A stretch of DNA of 64,000 bases from Chloroflexota bacterium (GTDB lineage: Bacteria > Chloroflexota > Dehalococcoidia > Dehalococcoidales > SURF-40). The translations under genes and the position numbers were made by a program. The first letter of the stretch is position 1. Each line of letters opens with the position of its first letter. This document shows positions 46,472 through 57,003 of the stretch, piece after piece. The DNA lies in NCBI GenBank assembly GCA_043803245.1, contig JAZDKE010000008.1, positions 7,088-71,087 on the forward strand, given 5' to 3'. The notes below the pieces were generated by a model. It saw only the letters and a program-made list of their open reading frames with translations. It did no database searches and was not told the origin of the DNA.

Positions 46472-47083
46472 TTACGGCGGCGTATCCCGGGTAAAAGTGA
46501 TACGGACATTGTCCAGGAAGTAATGGCGCTGGGCTTCCCCGTTCCCCCGGATGCCGATGGCGGCGTAGACGTGACCATCGGCATTGGCCTGGACCACAAA
46601 ATCATAAGCCTTTCCCAGCCACTGGTAGCCGGCCGCCGAACCGGGGCCATTACCGGTGTCGCCCTGGTAGACCAGGTCATCGCTGCCCCCGAACGGCGCC
46701 GGGGCCACGCCGGTAATCAGCCGCCAGGGATTTACCCCACTCCGGTCGGCGCTGGCGAAGTCGTAGGCCACCTGCACCCGGTAGCGCTGGCCGGGCTCAA
46801 GGGGGAATGACCGCTCCAGCCAGATATTCGCCTGGGTGTTCAAGTTTGTGAGGTCGAAAATAACGGCTGACTTACCGCCCTTGACCATCTCTCCCGAACG
46901 GGTAATTGACCAGGTCACCGGCGGCTTGCCCAGGTCGACGCCCTTTGCCGCCCAGCCTTCCAAATCGTTCTCGAAGGGGAATAAATAGTAGTCCCCTTTT
47001 CCTGCGGGCGACCTCAGGCTGGTGCACCCGCCGAGGGCAATTATCAGTGGCAGGAGCCAGACGAGCCACCTTTTCGCCATCAA
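46472..47083 (-). CDS. lipoprotein of unknown function
   Basis: 203 aa. Signal peptide and lipobox IIALGGCTS. No family recognised. Confidence 0.6.
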   Translation of the reverse strand: MMAKRWLVWLLPLIIALGGCTSLRSPAGKGDYYLFPFENDLEGWAAKGVDLGKPPVTWSITRSGEMVKGGKSAVIFDLTNLNTQANIWLERSFPLEPGQRYRVQVAYDFASADRSGVNPWRLITGVAPAPFGGSDDLVYQGDTGNGPGSAAGYQWLGKAYDFVVQANADGHVYAAIGIRGNGEAQRHYFLDNVRITFTRDTPP

Positions 47084-47144
47084 GATTCCGGCTTTCTTTC
47101 GCAGAGGGTTGCCCCACCGTGTGGCGGTTGCGGCATCACTTGGA

Positions 47145-48074
47145 TTATACTTTCGCGCCGCAGTTGGTGCAGAACTTATCGGTGCTTTTTAAGGGGCGGC
47201 CACAATTGCGGCAGAACCCCGCCCCGGGTTGGGCTTTTGCCCGGAACGCGGCGGAGCTTTTCGCCTGAGGCCGCCGGGCGGCTTTCTTCCCCGGTCTTGA
47301 TTTTAATATCCATAAAACTCCCACCACCAGGAGAGCGGCAAGAATTACCCCCACCCACAGCAGGTCTGCCGGTGAATTGGGGGAACTGGGCGACTTTCCC
47401 GAGTCCGGAGTGGGCAGCGCTGGCTCTGAGTCTGACTTGTGATAGGCAATCTCGAAGCTGAGTGGCGAGCCGCTGGCCAGCACGGGGTAGAGGTATTGTA
47501 TGACTCGGAATCCCTCAGTATCCACCAGGGGAGAACCGGTGGCGTTGCCGGCGGGCTGAACGCGGAAGTCGGTGGCCCGGCGCGGCTGCTGGACGGTAAC
47601 CGTAAGGCCGGAAATGGGGTAGCGTGAGCGAAATTCGTACGAGATTGTCTTGGCCGGCTGCCCGGTGATGATGGGGTCATAGTATTCCATGCGGAAGGTG
47701 TCGGTTTTCACCATGTAGCTGATTTCGTCCCAGCCGGGTATTCCGGAAGCTTGACGTTCCGGGGGTCCCCCGGTATATTTCCCCTGGGCATCCTTGGAGC
47801 CCGCCGAGTACATCTCGGCGGCCTGCGGCACCAAAAACCTCACTCTGGCCGGGGCGGTCACCCCGTCTATCTTACCCTCCAGCATCACCAGAAGCCGTGG
47901 GTCATCGTATTCAGGGTTCAACCATAGCCGAACGTTTTTGAAACCGGCCGGCTCTAGTTCACCCTGGGCTAAAACTGAAGGCCCGTCTGCGATGGAGAAA
48001 AGACTTACGGCAAATAGCAGCAGGATGAGACTGAGTTTTTTCATTAGAAAAAATCGAAACCCCCGTAATATCAA
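47145..48074 (-). CDS. membrane-anchored protein with a C-terminal cytoplasmic zinc-ribbon
   Basis: Signal peptide KKLSLILLLFAVSLFS (the start may be ATG 48044), TM segment LLWVGVILAALLVVGVLWIL, and C-terminal CRNCGRPLKSTDKFCTNCGAKV. Confidence 0.65.
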   Translation of the reverse strand: MILRGFRFFLMKKLSLILLLFAVSLFSIADGPSVLAQGELEPAGFKNVRLWLNPEYDDPRLLVMLEGKIDGVTAPARVRFLVPQAAEMYSAGSKDAQGKYTGGPPERQASGIPGWDEISYMVKTDTFRMEYYDPIITGQPAKTISYEFRSRYPISGLTVTVQQPRRATDFRVQPAGNATGSPLVDTEGFRVIQYLYPVLASGSPLSFEIAYHKSDSEPALPTPDSGKSPSSPNSPADLLWVGVILAALLVVGVLWILKSRPGKKAARRPQAKSSAAFRAKAQPGAGFCRNCGRPLKSTDKFCTNCGAKV

Positions 48075-48309
48075 ATTCCCTGACCCGGTTGCTACTCACC
48101 ATTCTACCCAATTTCAGTAATAGACGGCAAACCGGAAGCCAACCGTTCGTTTGCGGGGCGCTCTTTATACTGCCAAACTTAATACCCCGACCATCGGGTC
48201 GAGGGGAAGTTTATCTCCCAACTTTTCGCCCGGTGCTTGCTATGTCTCTGAGATGGGTGGGGTGCGCATCATCGCCGCCAAAGTCTGCTAAAAATCCGCA
48301 AAAAAGACA

Positions 48310-48338
48310 TTGACTTAAAGCTGGCAAGTGCTTACAAT
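48310..48338 (+). promoter_or_regulatory. sigma70-like promoter upstream of, and overlapping, the BNR-protein start
   Basis: TTGACT (48310..48315)-N17-TACAAT (48333..48338). Confidence 0.45.
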
Positions 48339-51300
48339 TCGCCATGTGGCAAAAACGGTTTCGCGTCTGGCGGTTCTGGGGCTGGTCATACTGGTTAGCC
48401 TCGTCTACCGCCCCCTGGAGGCGAAGACAGCCGACCCCGTTGAGCCGCTGCGGTGGTCCCGGCTGGCCATCCCCGCGCAGGGAGCGGCCGGTGGCTGGGT
48501 ACTGGCCAGTGGCGCTGATGTTCCCCTGCTCACCCTGGCCAGCGACGGCACGCTCTACGCCTACGGCAAGGGGCTTGGCCAGACCCTGCTCAAGTCCACC
48601 GACGGCGGTTACCGCTGGCAGCCGGTGGGCCAGGTGAGCGACATCATCGTGGCGATGGCCATCACCCCCGGTGACGCCCGAAGGGTCTATTACGCCACCA
48701 GCTCGCGCGTTTTCCGTTCCACCGATGGCGGCGATAGCTTTGCCCAGTTGCCCCCGTCTCCCGGCGCCGGTAGCGGCAATGTCGAAATTACTTCGCTAGC
48801 TATCGGCGGGGCGAACCCGTTCACCCTGGTCGTCGCCACCAGGGACACCGACGGCGGGCAATACGGCGGGGTCTATACCCTGGACGATAGCCTGCCGGTT
48901 GTCTGGACGGATACCGGTCTCTCGGGTTACGATGTCTACGCGGTGGCCTTCTCGCCTTATTTTCCGGAAAACCGGGAACTGGTGGCGGTGGCGACCGACG
49001 AGACAAGTACTTTGGTGACTACCCGGGCAGGTGATGCTGCCTGGGGCACCAACATCGCCGACGCCAGGCTGGACAAAGGCAACTCCCGGCTGCCGACCGC
49101 GGTGGCGGTGGCAAATTCCGCCGCCATTGCTTTCCCCGAAGATGGTAATAACGGCGAGATTTTCGGGCTATCCCCGCTTTTTGTGGCCATCAATGCCGGT
49201 GGCGACCAGGGTGATGTCTACCGGATTGACCGCGCCATGGTAACCGGCACTTCAGATACGACCGACTTAAATCTCGTCACCGGTTACGGGCAGGCCAACC
49301 TCGACGTTACCTCCCTGGCGGTAAGTGGCTACGCTGACCGTGCCAGCCTGCTCGCGGGGGCGGCGAACAGCGCTCAGGTCTATTTCAGCCGCGACGGCGG
49401 TCGCACTTGGCGCAGGTCGAACCGGGCGCCCACCGGCCAGCAGGCGACCCGGGTGGTGATGGCCGCCGACTTCTCGGGCAGCCGCCAGGCTTACGCCGCC
49501 ACCAGCGGGGCTGAGAGCGCGGTATCACGCACGGTTGACGGCGGCCTTACCTGGAACCAGACCGGCCTGATTGACACTGCGGTTGCCAGCATCGTTGACC
49601 TGGGAGCGTCAGCGGGCTATCAGGATGACGGGACAGCCTTTCTCCTCACCTGGGGTGGTGAGCACAGTCTCTGGCGGCGGGACGTTGCGGCCAGGTGGGA
49701 AAGAATCTTCTCCAGCGCGCTGCCTGGTGTTGACAGCTTGGGCGGCGTCAGGCTGGCACCGGCTTACGGCCAGAGCAGCCGTACCGTCTTCGTTGCCGGC
49801 ACTTCGTCGGGCAGTGGCGCCACCTGGCGCGCCAAGGACGGGGGGCAGAATTTCGAGAGCGCCCGCCTCACCATTGACCCGACCACCGGTAGTGGTTTTC
49901 CCATTGATGCCTGGGCGGTAACCGGGGACGATACCCTGCTCATTGCCGGCTTAAACGGCACCTCGAAGTTCTATCGCTCAACCGATGGCGGCTGGAGCTA
50001 CCGCCCGGGTACCGTGGTCGGCACGCACCAGGTAAAATCAATCGCGGTATCGCCGGGCTACCCCGGTGACCCGACCATTCTGGTGGGCAGTGCCGCCGGC
50101 TGGGTCTATATCTCGCGCGATGACGGTAGAACTTTTCAGCCGCTACCGGACGATGCCGCTTCGGCCCCTCTGGCCGGCAGCCTGAGCGTCGCCTTCGCGC
50201 CTAGTTTCGAGCGGAGCGGTACGGTCTACGCCGCTTCGAGCAGCCTGGACAAGGGCATTTACCGGTTGGTTATCGGGCGCGACTCCAGATGGCAGAGCAT
50301 TGACGGTACCCTGCCGCTGAGTAGCAGCCTGTCGAAAATCTGTCTTTCGGCGGAAGGGGTCCTCTACGCTGGCAATCTTAAAGCCGGCGGCGGCCTGGAG
50401 CGAAGCCTTGCCCCCGATTATAGCCTGGGGCCGGCTTTTGAAACCGTGACCCGGGGTCTGGAGAATAACGCCAAGCTGGACGGCCTGTGGCTGGCCGGTG
50501 GTCGCCTCTGGTCGGTGGATACCGCTAACAAGTGGGTGGTCTTTTACCGGGATACCATGACCACCGCCGTCGTTCTCACCACGCCCGATGACGGAGCTCC
50601 GGGCCTCGGTACTCTGCTCAACTACCAGATAAGCAACCTCTCACTTGACTGGGCGACGTTGGAGGGTGCCAGTGAGTACCGCTGGCAGATTGATGCCGAT
50701 ACTGATTTCTCCAGCGTACCCGATGGCTTCGAGAGCACTACCAGGGCTACCCAGGTCAGGTTGCCCAGATTAGAGCCGGCGACCAGGTATCACTGGCGGG
50801 TGAGGGCCACTTCGCCGGTGCTGAGCCCCTGGTCAGAGAAGCGTTCTTTCACCACCAGCCTCGGCTCAAACTATGCCGCGCCCAGGCTGGTATCCCCGGC
50901 GGCCGGTGACCAGCAGGTAATGTCCCGGCCGGTTTTCCAGTGGGACGAAGTCGCCGGCTCGTCGAGCTACGAGCTGATGGTATCTGATGAGGTCGCTTTT
51001 GCCCGTCCCACACTGCTAAAGGCTGGGGAGGCGGCCATAGCCAGTACCGCCTGGCAAACTGACCTTGAGCTTGCTCCCGGAGTGACCTACTACTGGCGGG
51101 TGAGGGCAGTCGGCGAGGGTACTAACAGCGCCTGGAGCGCCACCCGTGCCTTTACTACGGCACCGGCACTGCCCCAGCCAGTGCCCGTTATTGCACCGCC
51201 ACCAGCCCCGGCCCAACCAGTTTCACCCCTATCGCCGGCTGAGACAGCTAACCGGCTGCCATCGGGACTGGACGGGCTGGTCACCGAGAGGGAACCAGTG

Positions 51301-51456
51301 CCGCCGCCGCTATTACCGGCACAAGCGGATGTCCCCTACTGGGCCAGATGGTTTTTGTATTTCGGAGGGGCGTTATTGCTGATTGCCGCCGCTGGACTGG
51401 TCACGCTCATTATCCTCACCTGGAAAATCAGCCGGCTGGGCCATTTCTGGCGATAG
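48328..51456 (+). CDS. large secreted BNR/Asp-box beta-propeller protein with two Fn3-like domains and a C-terminal TM anchor
   Basis: It has 7 Asp-box motifs: STDGGYRW, STDGGDSF, SRDGGRTW, TVDGGLTW, AKDGGQNF, STDGGWSY and SRDDGRTF. C-terminal TM segment WFLYFGGALLLIAAAGLVTLIIL. The real start may be GTG 48346 (see findings). Confidence 0.75.
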   Translation: MLTIRHVAKTVSRLAVLGLVILVSLVYRPLEAKTADPVEPLRWSRLAIPAQGAAGGWVLASGADVPLLTLASDGTLYAYGKGLGQTLLKSTDGGYRWQPVGQVSDIIVAMAITPGDARRVYYATSSRVFRSTDGGDSFAQLPPSPGAGSGNVEITSLAIGGANPFTLVVATRDTDGGQYGGVYTLDDSLPVVWTDTGLSGYDVYAVAFSPYFPENRELVAVATDETSTLVTTRAGDAAWGTNIADARLDKGNSRLPTAVAVANSAAIAFPEDGNNGEIFGLSPLFVAINAGGDQGDVYRIDRAMVTGTSDTTDLNLVTGYGQANLDVTSLAVSGYADRASLLAGAANSAQVYFSRDGGRTWRRSNRAPTGQQATRVVMAADFSGSRQAYAATSGAESAVSRTVDGGLTWNQTGLIDTAVASIVDLGASAGYQDDGTAFLLTWGGEHSLWRRDVAARWERIFSSALPGVDSLGGVRLAPAYGQSSRTVFVAGTSSGSGATWRAKDGGQNFESARLTIDPTTGSGFPIDAWAVTGDDTLLIAGLNGTSKFYRSTDGGWSYRPGTVVGTHQVKSIAVSPGYPGDPTILVGSAAGWVYISRDDGRTFQPLPDDAASAPLAGSLSVAFAPSFERSGTVYAASSSLDKGIYRLVIGRDSRWQSIDGTLPLSSSLSKICLSAEGVLYAGNLKAGGGLERSLAPDYSLGPAFETVTRGLENNAKLDGLWLAGGRLWSVDTANKWVVFYRDTMTTAVVLTTPDDGAPGLGTLLNYQISNLSLDWATLEGASEYRWQIDADTDFSSVPDGFESTTRATQVRLPRLEPATRYHWRVRATSPVLSPWSEKRSFTTSLGSNYAAPRLVSPAAGDQQVMSRPVFQWDEVAGSSSYELMVSDEVAFARPTLLKAGEAAIASTAWQTDLELAPGVTYYWRVRAVGEGTNSAWSATRAFTTAPALPQPVPVIAPPPAPAQPVSPLSPAETANRLPSGLDGLVTEREPVPPPLLPAQADVPYWARWFLYFGGALLLIAAAGLVTLIILTWKISRLGHFWR

Positions 51457-51486
51457 TCCGCGGAAAATTAAGGGAAGATGGCGTTA

Positions 51487-52116
51487 TCAGTAGCTGAGCA
51501 AGCGGACCTGGAGGCTTTCGGGCAGGTTTGACTTTGTCACGGAGAGCTTTGGGCTGGGCTCGAGCTGGCCAACGCCGAGTTCCTTAAGGAACCGGTCAAC
51601 CGGCTCAAGCGCCGCTTTCTCCACCGGCGTCTTGTAGTGCATGGGGATGACGAACTTGGGCTCGAGCTGGCGCACTACTTTTGCCGCCTGAGGGGCGTCA
51701 ATGGTGTAAACGCCGCCGACCGGGATGAGCAGGACATCAATATTACCCAGTCCTCCGGCCTGCTCCGAGGTGAGGAGGTGCCCCAGGTCACCCAGGTGGC
51801 AGATGGTGACCTCGTCCATCTCGATGAGATAGACCGTATTCTTTCCCCTTTTCTCGCCTCCGGCATCATCGTGGTAGGTAGCCACCCCGATAATCAGGAT
51901 ATTCCCGAATTCGTACTCACCGGGGCCGCTGATTACCCGGGCGCCGCTAACCGCCTGGACATAGTTGTGGTCGGCGTGCTGGTGGCTGACGGTGACGATG
52001 TTGGCGGTGGGCTTGCCCAGATTATAGCCGTAGTCAGGCCCGTAGGGGTCGGTGAGCACGGTGGCTTCACTGCCTTTGAGCCGGAAACAGGAGCGGCCCA
52101 GCCAGGTAATTTCCAT
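51487..52116 (-). CDS. MBL-fold metal-dependent hydrolase (UPF0173-like)
   Basis: MEITWLGRSCFRLKG...VSHQHADHN. I prefer ATG 52116; the track ORF extends to 52185. Confidence 0.75.
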   Translation of the reverse strand: MEITWLGRSCFRLKGSEATVLTDPYGPDYGYNLGKPTANIVTVSHQHADHNYVQAVSGARVISGPGEYEFGNILIIGVATYHDDAGGEKRGKNTVYLIEMDEVTICHLGDLGHLLTSEQAGGLGNIDVLLIPVGGVYTIDAPQAAKVVRQLEPKFVIPMHYKTPVEKAALEPVDRFLKELGVGQLEPSPKLSVTKSNLPESLQVRLLSY

Positions 52117-52212
52117 CGACCTCAATATATCACAGTCATATTTCGGGGTCAACGTCGCTAAAATGCCGACTGACTGTCTTGACAAACGAGGATTAAAAAT
52201 GCTAACTTAGAG

Positions 52213-52239
52213 TTAGCAGTCTCAGGTTGGGACTGCTAA
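52213..52239. promoter_or_regulatory. CIRCE operator (HrcA binding site)
   Basis: TTAGCAGTC-N9-GACTGCTAA is a perfect inverted repeat matching the CIRCE consensus TTAGCACTC-N9-GAGTGCTAA at 16 of 18 positions. It lies 41 nt upstream of hrcA. Confidence 0.9.
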
Positions 52240-52279
52240 TATTTTCCGCGAGCGTTAGCCCGGGTCTATGGAGGTAAAG

Positions 52280-53332
52280 ATGTTATCTCCGAGAGCGGAT
52301 AGAGTACTCAAGTCAATCATTGATAAATACATCACCAGGGCGCAGCCGGTGCCATCGCAGAGCCTGATTGGGGAGTTCGAACTTGAGGTCAGTTCCGCCA
52401 CTATCAGGAATGAGGTCGCCCGTTTAGAGCAGGACGGTTACGTTACCCGTCCCCACCTCTCGGCGGGGAGCATCCCCTCCGATAAAGGCTACCGCTACTA
52501 CGTGGCATCGCTTAAGGAAGTTGAGCTGCCGATGTCGGAACAACGCCTCATCAGCCACCTCTTCCACCAGGTTGAGGATGACCTCGAGGCCTGGCTCCGG
52601 CTCTCGGCGACCATGCTTGCCCGCCTTCTGGGGAATATGGCGGTGGTCAGTCTGCCCCGGCCGCCGAACTGCCGTCTGATGATGGTGGAGATGGTTGCCA
52701 TTCAGGAGAACCTGGTGCTGATGGTACTCATTCTCTACGGTGGCCGGATAAGAGAACAGCTGGTGAACTTCGAAAGTCCCGTTTCTCAGCCGGAACTGTC
52801 GGCCATAGCCGGCAAATTGAGCCAGCATTATGGCGGACTAACCAGCCAGCAGATACTGGACAAGAAGGCCGAGCTTTCTCCGGCGGAAGAGCCGGCGGTA
52901 TCGGTTATCGCCAGGACCATGCAGACCGAGGACGCTCAGGCCTACCAGGAGCCGTACCTTGACGGTCTGCATCTGATGCTGAGTCAACCGGAGTTCACTT
53001 TAAGCCAGCGGGTACGGGGTCTGCTGGAGCTTATCGAGCACCGCAGCCTGCTCAAGGCGATTGTCCCGCCAAGGCCGGCGGGTAAGACACTCCAGGTAAT
53101 TATCGGCCGGGAAAATCTGGCCGAGACCTTCCAGGATTACAGCGTGGTTATCGGCTGCTACGGGCTGCGGGAAGGGGCGGTGGGTAATCTGGCGGTGGTC
53201 GGGCCGACCCGGATGGCCTATGCCCATGCCATCGCCGCGGTAAGCTACCTGACCTCGGTGCTGAGCGAGCTGGTGACCGAACTTTACGGTAAGAGCACCA
53301 GCGAGGCACTGGGCAGAAACGAGACCGGATAA
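52280..53332 (+). CDS. hrcA: heat-inducible transcription repressor HrcA
   Basis: LSPRADRVLKSIIDKYI...IRNEVARLEQDGYVTRPHLSAGSIPSDKGYRYYV. I prefer ATG 52280 (SD GGAGG 5 nt upstream). Confidence 0.9.
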   Translation: MLSPRADRVLKSIIDKYITRAQPVPSQSLIGEFELEVSSATIRNEVARLEQDGYVTRPHLSAGSIPSDKGYRYYVASLKEVELPMSEQRLISHLFHQVEDDLEAWLRLSATMLARLLGNMAVVSLPRPPNCRLMMVEMVAIQENLVLMVLILYGGRIREQLVNFESPVSQPELSAIAGKLSQHYGGLTSQQILDKKAELSPAEEPAVSVIARTMQTEDAQAYQEPYLDGLHLMLSQPEFTLSQRVRGLLELIEHRSLLKAIVPPRPAGKTLQVIIGRENLAETFQDYSVVIGCYGLREGAVGNLAVVGPTRMAYAHAIAAVSYLTSVLSELVTELYGKSTSEALGRNETG

Positions 53333-53341
53333 GGGGCAACT

Positions 53342-53917
53342 ATGATATCACGGGGACCAGAGGAAAGCTGGGAACCAGAAGAAAGCCCGGTTAACGGGCC
53401 GGCGGCCGTTGACCCGGCGGCGCTTGGCCAGGTACTGGCCAGCGAGAAAGAGAAGGCCGAAGGCAACCTGGCTGGCTGGCAGCGGGCCCAGGCCGACTTC
53501 GCGAACTACAAGCGGCGCGCCGAACAGGAATTGGCCGAGTGCGGCAATCTGGCCAGGTCCGGTATTATCCTGGCGCTGCTGCCGGTCCTGGACGACCTGG
53601 AACGTGCCTTTAGTGCTCTGCCAAAGGACATCGCTGGCTCAGGCTGGCCGGAAGGTTTCCGCCTCATCGAGCGTAAGCTGCGCACCACATTTGAAGCGCA
53701 GGGGCTGTCCCCCATCAGGGCGCTGGGCGAGCCTTTCGACCCGCGGCTCCACGAGGCGGCCATGCAGGGCGCAGGCCCCGATGGCATCGTGGTGGGTGAG
53801 ATGGTGAAAGGCTATCGTTTCGATGGCCGGGTTATACGTCCCAGCAAGGTGGTGGTGGGTAATGGCTCAAAGGGTGATACCTCCGTCAGCGATACGGAGC
53901 AGCAATCAGGTGATTAA
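53342..53917 (+). CDS. grpE: nucleotide exchange factor GrpE
   Basis: 191 aa. RAQADFANYKRRAEQE, LLPVLDDLERA and KGYRFDGRVIRPSKVVV. Confidence 0.9.
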   Translation: MISRGPEESWEPEESPVNGPAAVDPAALGQVLASEKEKAEGNLAGWQRAQADFANYKRRAEQELAECGNLARSGIILALLPVLDDLERAFSALPKDIAGSGWPEGFRLIERKLRTTFEAQGLSPIRALGEPFDPRLHEAAMQGAGPDGIVVGEMVKGYRFDGRVIRPSKVVVGNGSKGDTSVSDTEQQSGD

Positions 53918-53940
53918 CCTCATATTTTAGGAGACGATAG

Positions 53941-55866
53941 ATGGCTAAAGCAGTGGGTATTGACCTGGGAACAACCAACAGTGAAGTCGCGGTGATGCAG
54001 GGTGGCGAACCGGTAGTCATCCCCTCCGCCGAGGGCAGTACTCTTGTCCCCTCGGTGGTGGCGGTCAGTAAAAACGGGGAGCGGCTGGTGGGGCAAATCG
54101 CCAAGCGTCAGTCAATCACCAACCCTGATAACACCATATACAGCATCAAGCGGTTCATGGGCCGCAAATGGGGCGAGCCGGCCGGCCGGGAGCTGCCGAT
54201 TGAGGAAGATGCCAAGCGTAAGACCTACAAGGTGACACGGGCGGCTAACAACGAGGTGCGGGTGGTGATGGGCAGCAAGGAGTACAGCCCCCCCGAAATC
54301 TCGGCCATGATACTGCAAAAGTTGAAGGCGGATGCCGAAGCCTACCTCGGGGAGAAGGTCACGGAAGCGGTAATTACCGTGCCCGCCTACTTTAACGACG
54401 CCCAGCGGCAGGCGACCAAAGACGCCGGCACCATCGCCGGTCTCAACGTGCTGCGCATCATCAACGAACCGACCGCGGCCTCTCTGGCCTACGGTTTGGA
54501 CAAAAAGGGGGAGGAGACCATTGCCGTCTATGACCTGGGTGGTGGCACCTTTGATATCTCGGTCCTGGAAATTGGCGAGGGTACTTTCCACGTCAAGTCA
54601 ACCAGCGGCGACACCCATCTCGGCGGCGACGATTTCGACCAGAGGATCATCGACTGGCTCTGTGACGAGTTCAAGCGGGAGCAGGGGATTGACTTGAGAA
54701 AGGACAAGATGGCCGTCCAGCGCCTCAAAGAGTCCGGGGAGAAGGCCAAAATCGACCTTTCCACCGTCCAGCAGAGCGAGATAAACCTGCCCTTCATCAC
54801 CGCCGATGCCAGCGGGCCCAAGCACCTGGCCATTACCCTTACCCGGGCCAAGCTGGAACAACTGGTGATGGACCTGGTGGAAAAGACCATCGAGCCCTGC
54901 CGCCAGGCGCTCAAGGATGCCGGCAAGGCTTCGGCCCAGATTGACGAAGTCATCCTGGTGGGGGGGCAGACCCGCATGCCTTTAGTACAGGAGAAGGTAA
55001 AACAGTTTTTCGGCAAAGACCCGAATAAAGGCGTTAATCCCGACGAGGTGGTGGCCATCGGCGCCGCCATCCAGGCCGGGGTGCTTAAAGGTGAGGTCAA
55101 GGAAATCCTGCTCCTGGACGTGATACCGCTGACCCTGGGCATCGAGACCCTGGGAGGGGTGGCCACTCCCCTGATTCCGCGAAACACCACCATTCCCACC
55201 TCCAAGAGCCAGGTTTTCAGCACCGCGGCGGACAACCAGCCCGGCGTCGAGGTCCACGTGCTCCAGGGAGAGAGGCCCATGGCGGCTGACAACCGTACCC
55301 TGGGGCGGTTCACGCTGGACGGCATTCTGCCGGCGCCCCGGGGCATGCCCCAGATTGAAGTTGCCTTCGATATCGATGCCAACGGTATCTTAAACGTCTC
55401 GGCGCGGGACAAGGGCACCGGCCGCGAGCAGAAAATAACCATCACCGCCTCAAGCGGTCTCTCCAAGGAAGAGGTGGCCAAGATGCAGCGGGAGGCGGAA
55501 GCTCACGCCAGCGAAGACGCCCGGCGCAAGGATGAGGTGGAGGCACGCAACACCGCCGACACTTTAGCCTATAACGCCGAGAAGATGCTGCGCGACAACA
55601 AGGACAAGATACCGGCCGACTTGAACCAGGAGATTGAGAGCAAGGTAGCGGCGGTGCGCTCGGCGCTCGGGGGCTCCGATATCGAGGCTATCAAACGCAC
55701 CACCCGGGAACTCTCCGAGGCAACCCAGAAGGTCGGCAGCGCCGTTTACGGCCAGCCGGGGCCGGGTGGCGCGCCGCCGCCGGGCGGTGAAGCTCCGGGT
55801 GGCCAGGGCCCGTCGGAAGGCGGCGGTGATGAAGGCGCAGTTGAAGGCGAGTTTCGCGAGGTCTAG
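53941..55866 (+). CDS. dnaK: molecular chaperone DnaK
   Basis: 641 aa. [19 protein letters not shown] and [11 protein letters not shown]. Confidence 0.98.
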   Translation: MAKAVGIDLGTTNSEVAVMQGGEPVVIPSAEGSTLVPSVVAVSKNGERLVGQIAKRQSITNPDNTIYSIKRFMGRKWGEPAGRELPIEEDAKRKTYKVTRAANNEVRVVMGSKEYSPPEISAMILQKLKADAEAYLGEKVTEAVITVPAYFNDAQRQATKDAGTIAGLNVLRIINEPTAASLAYGLDKKGEETIAVYDLGGGTFDISVLEIGEGTFHVKSTSGDTHLGGDDFDQRIIDWLCDEFKREQGIDLRKDKMAVQRLKESGEKAKIDLSTVQQSEINLPFITADASGPKHLAITLTRAKLEQLVMDLVEKTIEPCRQALKDAGKASAQIDEVILVGGQTRMPLVQEKVKQFFGKDPNKGVNPDEVVAIGAAIQAGVLKGEVKEILLLDVIPLTLGIETLGGVATPLIPRNTTIPTSKSQVFSTAADNQPGVEVHVLQGERPMAADNRTLGRFTLDGILPAPRGMPQIEVAFDIDANGILNVSARDKGTGREQKITITASSGLSKEEVAKMQREAEAHASEDARRKDEVEARNTADTLAYNAEKMLRDNKDKIPADLNQEIESKVAAVRSALGGSDIEAIKRTTRELSEATQKVGSAVYGQPGPGGAPPPGGEAPGGQGPSEGGGDEGAVEGEFREV

Positions 55867-55925
55867 AATAATTTGTCAGGCTTCCCTTTTCCGGGTATTT
55901 AGGGAGCCTTCGAGGGAGTGATTTT

Positions 55926-57002
55926 GTGCCGTCCAAGCGGGACTATTACGAAGTTCTCGGCCTACCCCGGAATGCGACTGATGAGGAGATAAAAAAGGCC
56001 TTCCGTAAGATGGCCTTTAAGTATCACCCCGACCATAATCCGGACAAGGACGCGGCGGAGAAGTTCAAGGAGTGCAATGAGGCCTATCAGGTCCTCTGCG
56101 AACCCCCCAGGCGCGAGGCTTATGACCGTTTCGGCCATCGCGACGGCGAGGGGGTTTACGGACGCGGCTTCGAGGGCTTCGAGTTCAGCGGCTTCGGTGA
56201 TATTTTCGACGCGTTCTTCGGCGGGGCAACCGCCGCTAACCGGCAGGCGCCGCAGCGGGGTTCTCACCTCCGCAGCCAGGTAACGGTCTCTTTTGAGGAA
56301 GCTGCCCGCAGTACCGAACAAGAGGTGGAGGTGACGCGCATCGAGAACTGCGCCACCTGCCAGGGCACCGGCTCGAAGCCGGGCTCGAAGCCCAGCCGGT
56401 GTCCCAACTGTAACGGCACCGGAAAGGTGCGCCGGGTCGAGCAGAGCATTTTCGGCCGCTTCAGCAGTGTCAGCACTTGCCGCCAGTGCCGCGGCGAGGG
56501 CGCGATAATCACCGAGCCGTGTCCGCAGTGTAAGAGTACCGGGCAGGAAAGTAAGCGGCGTCACATCATGGTTAAAATCCCGGCCGGCATCTCGGATGGA
56601 CTCCAGATTCGTCTGAGCGGGGAAGGCAATGCCGGTTCCAGGGGTGGTCCGGCGGGAGACCTGTACGTGGCCGTATCGGTAAGCCCACACCCGTTTTTCA
56701 GCCGCGATGGCGACGATATCCACTATCAGATGGTGCTCAACTTCGCCCAGGCGGCCCTGGGGGTTGAGCTTGAGGTGCCCACCCTTAACGGCGAAACCAG
56801 GCTAAAGGTACCGGCCGGCAGCCAGACGGGCACCGTGTTCCGTATCAAGGGGCAGGGTATGCCTCACCTGGAACGGAGCGGGCGGGGCGACGAACTGGTC
56901 AGCCTTTTCGTGGCGGTGCCCGAAAAGCTGAGCCGGGAGCAGCGGGTATTGCTGGAAAAGCTGTCTTCGAGCCTGGATGCGAAAAACCTGCCCCAAAAAT
57001 AG
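55926..57002 (+). CDS. dnaJ: molecular chaperone DnaJ
   Basis: 358 aa. J-domain KYHPDHNP, a G/F region, and four CxxCxGxG zinc motifs. GTG start. Confidence 0.95.
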   Translation: MPSKRDYYEVLGLPRNATDEEIKKAFRKMAFKYHPDHNPDKDAAEKFKECNEAYQVLCEPPRREAYDRFGHRDGEGVYGRGFEGFEFSGFGDIFDAFFGGATAANRQAPQRGSHLRSQVTVSFEEAARSTEQEVEVTRIENCATCQGTGSKPGSKPSRCPNCNGTGKVRRVEQSIFGRFSSVSTCRQCRGEGAIITEPCPQCKSTGQESKRRHIMVKIPAGISDGLQIRLSGEGNAGSRGGPAGDLYVAVSVSPHPFFSRDGDDIHYQMVLNFAQAALGVELEVPTLNGETRLKVPAGSQTGTVFRIKGQGMPHLERSGRGDELVSLFVAVPEKLSREQRVLLEKLSSSLDAKNLPQK

Positions 57003-57003
57003 A

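Noticed and set aside
54528-55481. 317-aa minus-strand ORF
   Set aside because: It is antisense to dnaK, the most strongly supported gene in the window. Its Ser/Pro/Arg-rich composition is typical of an antisense frame.
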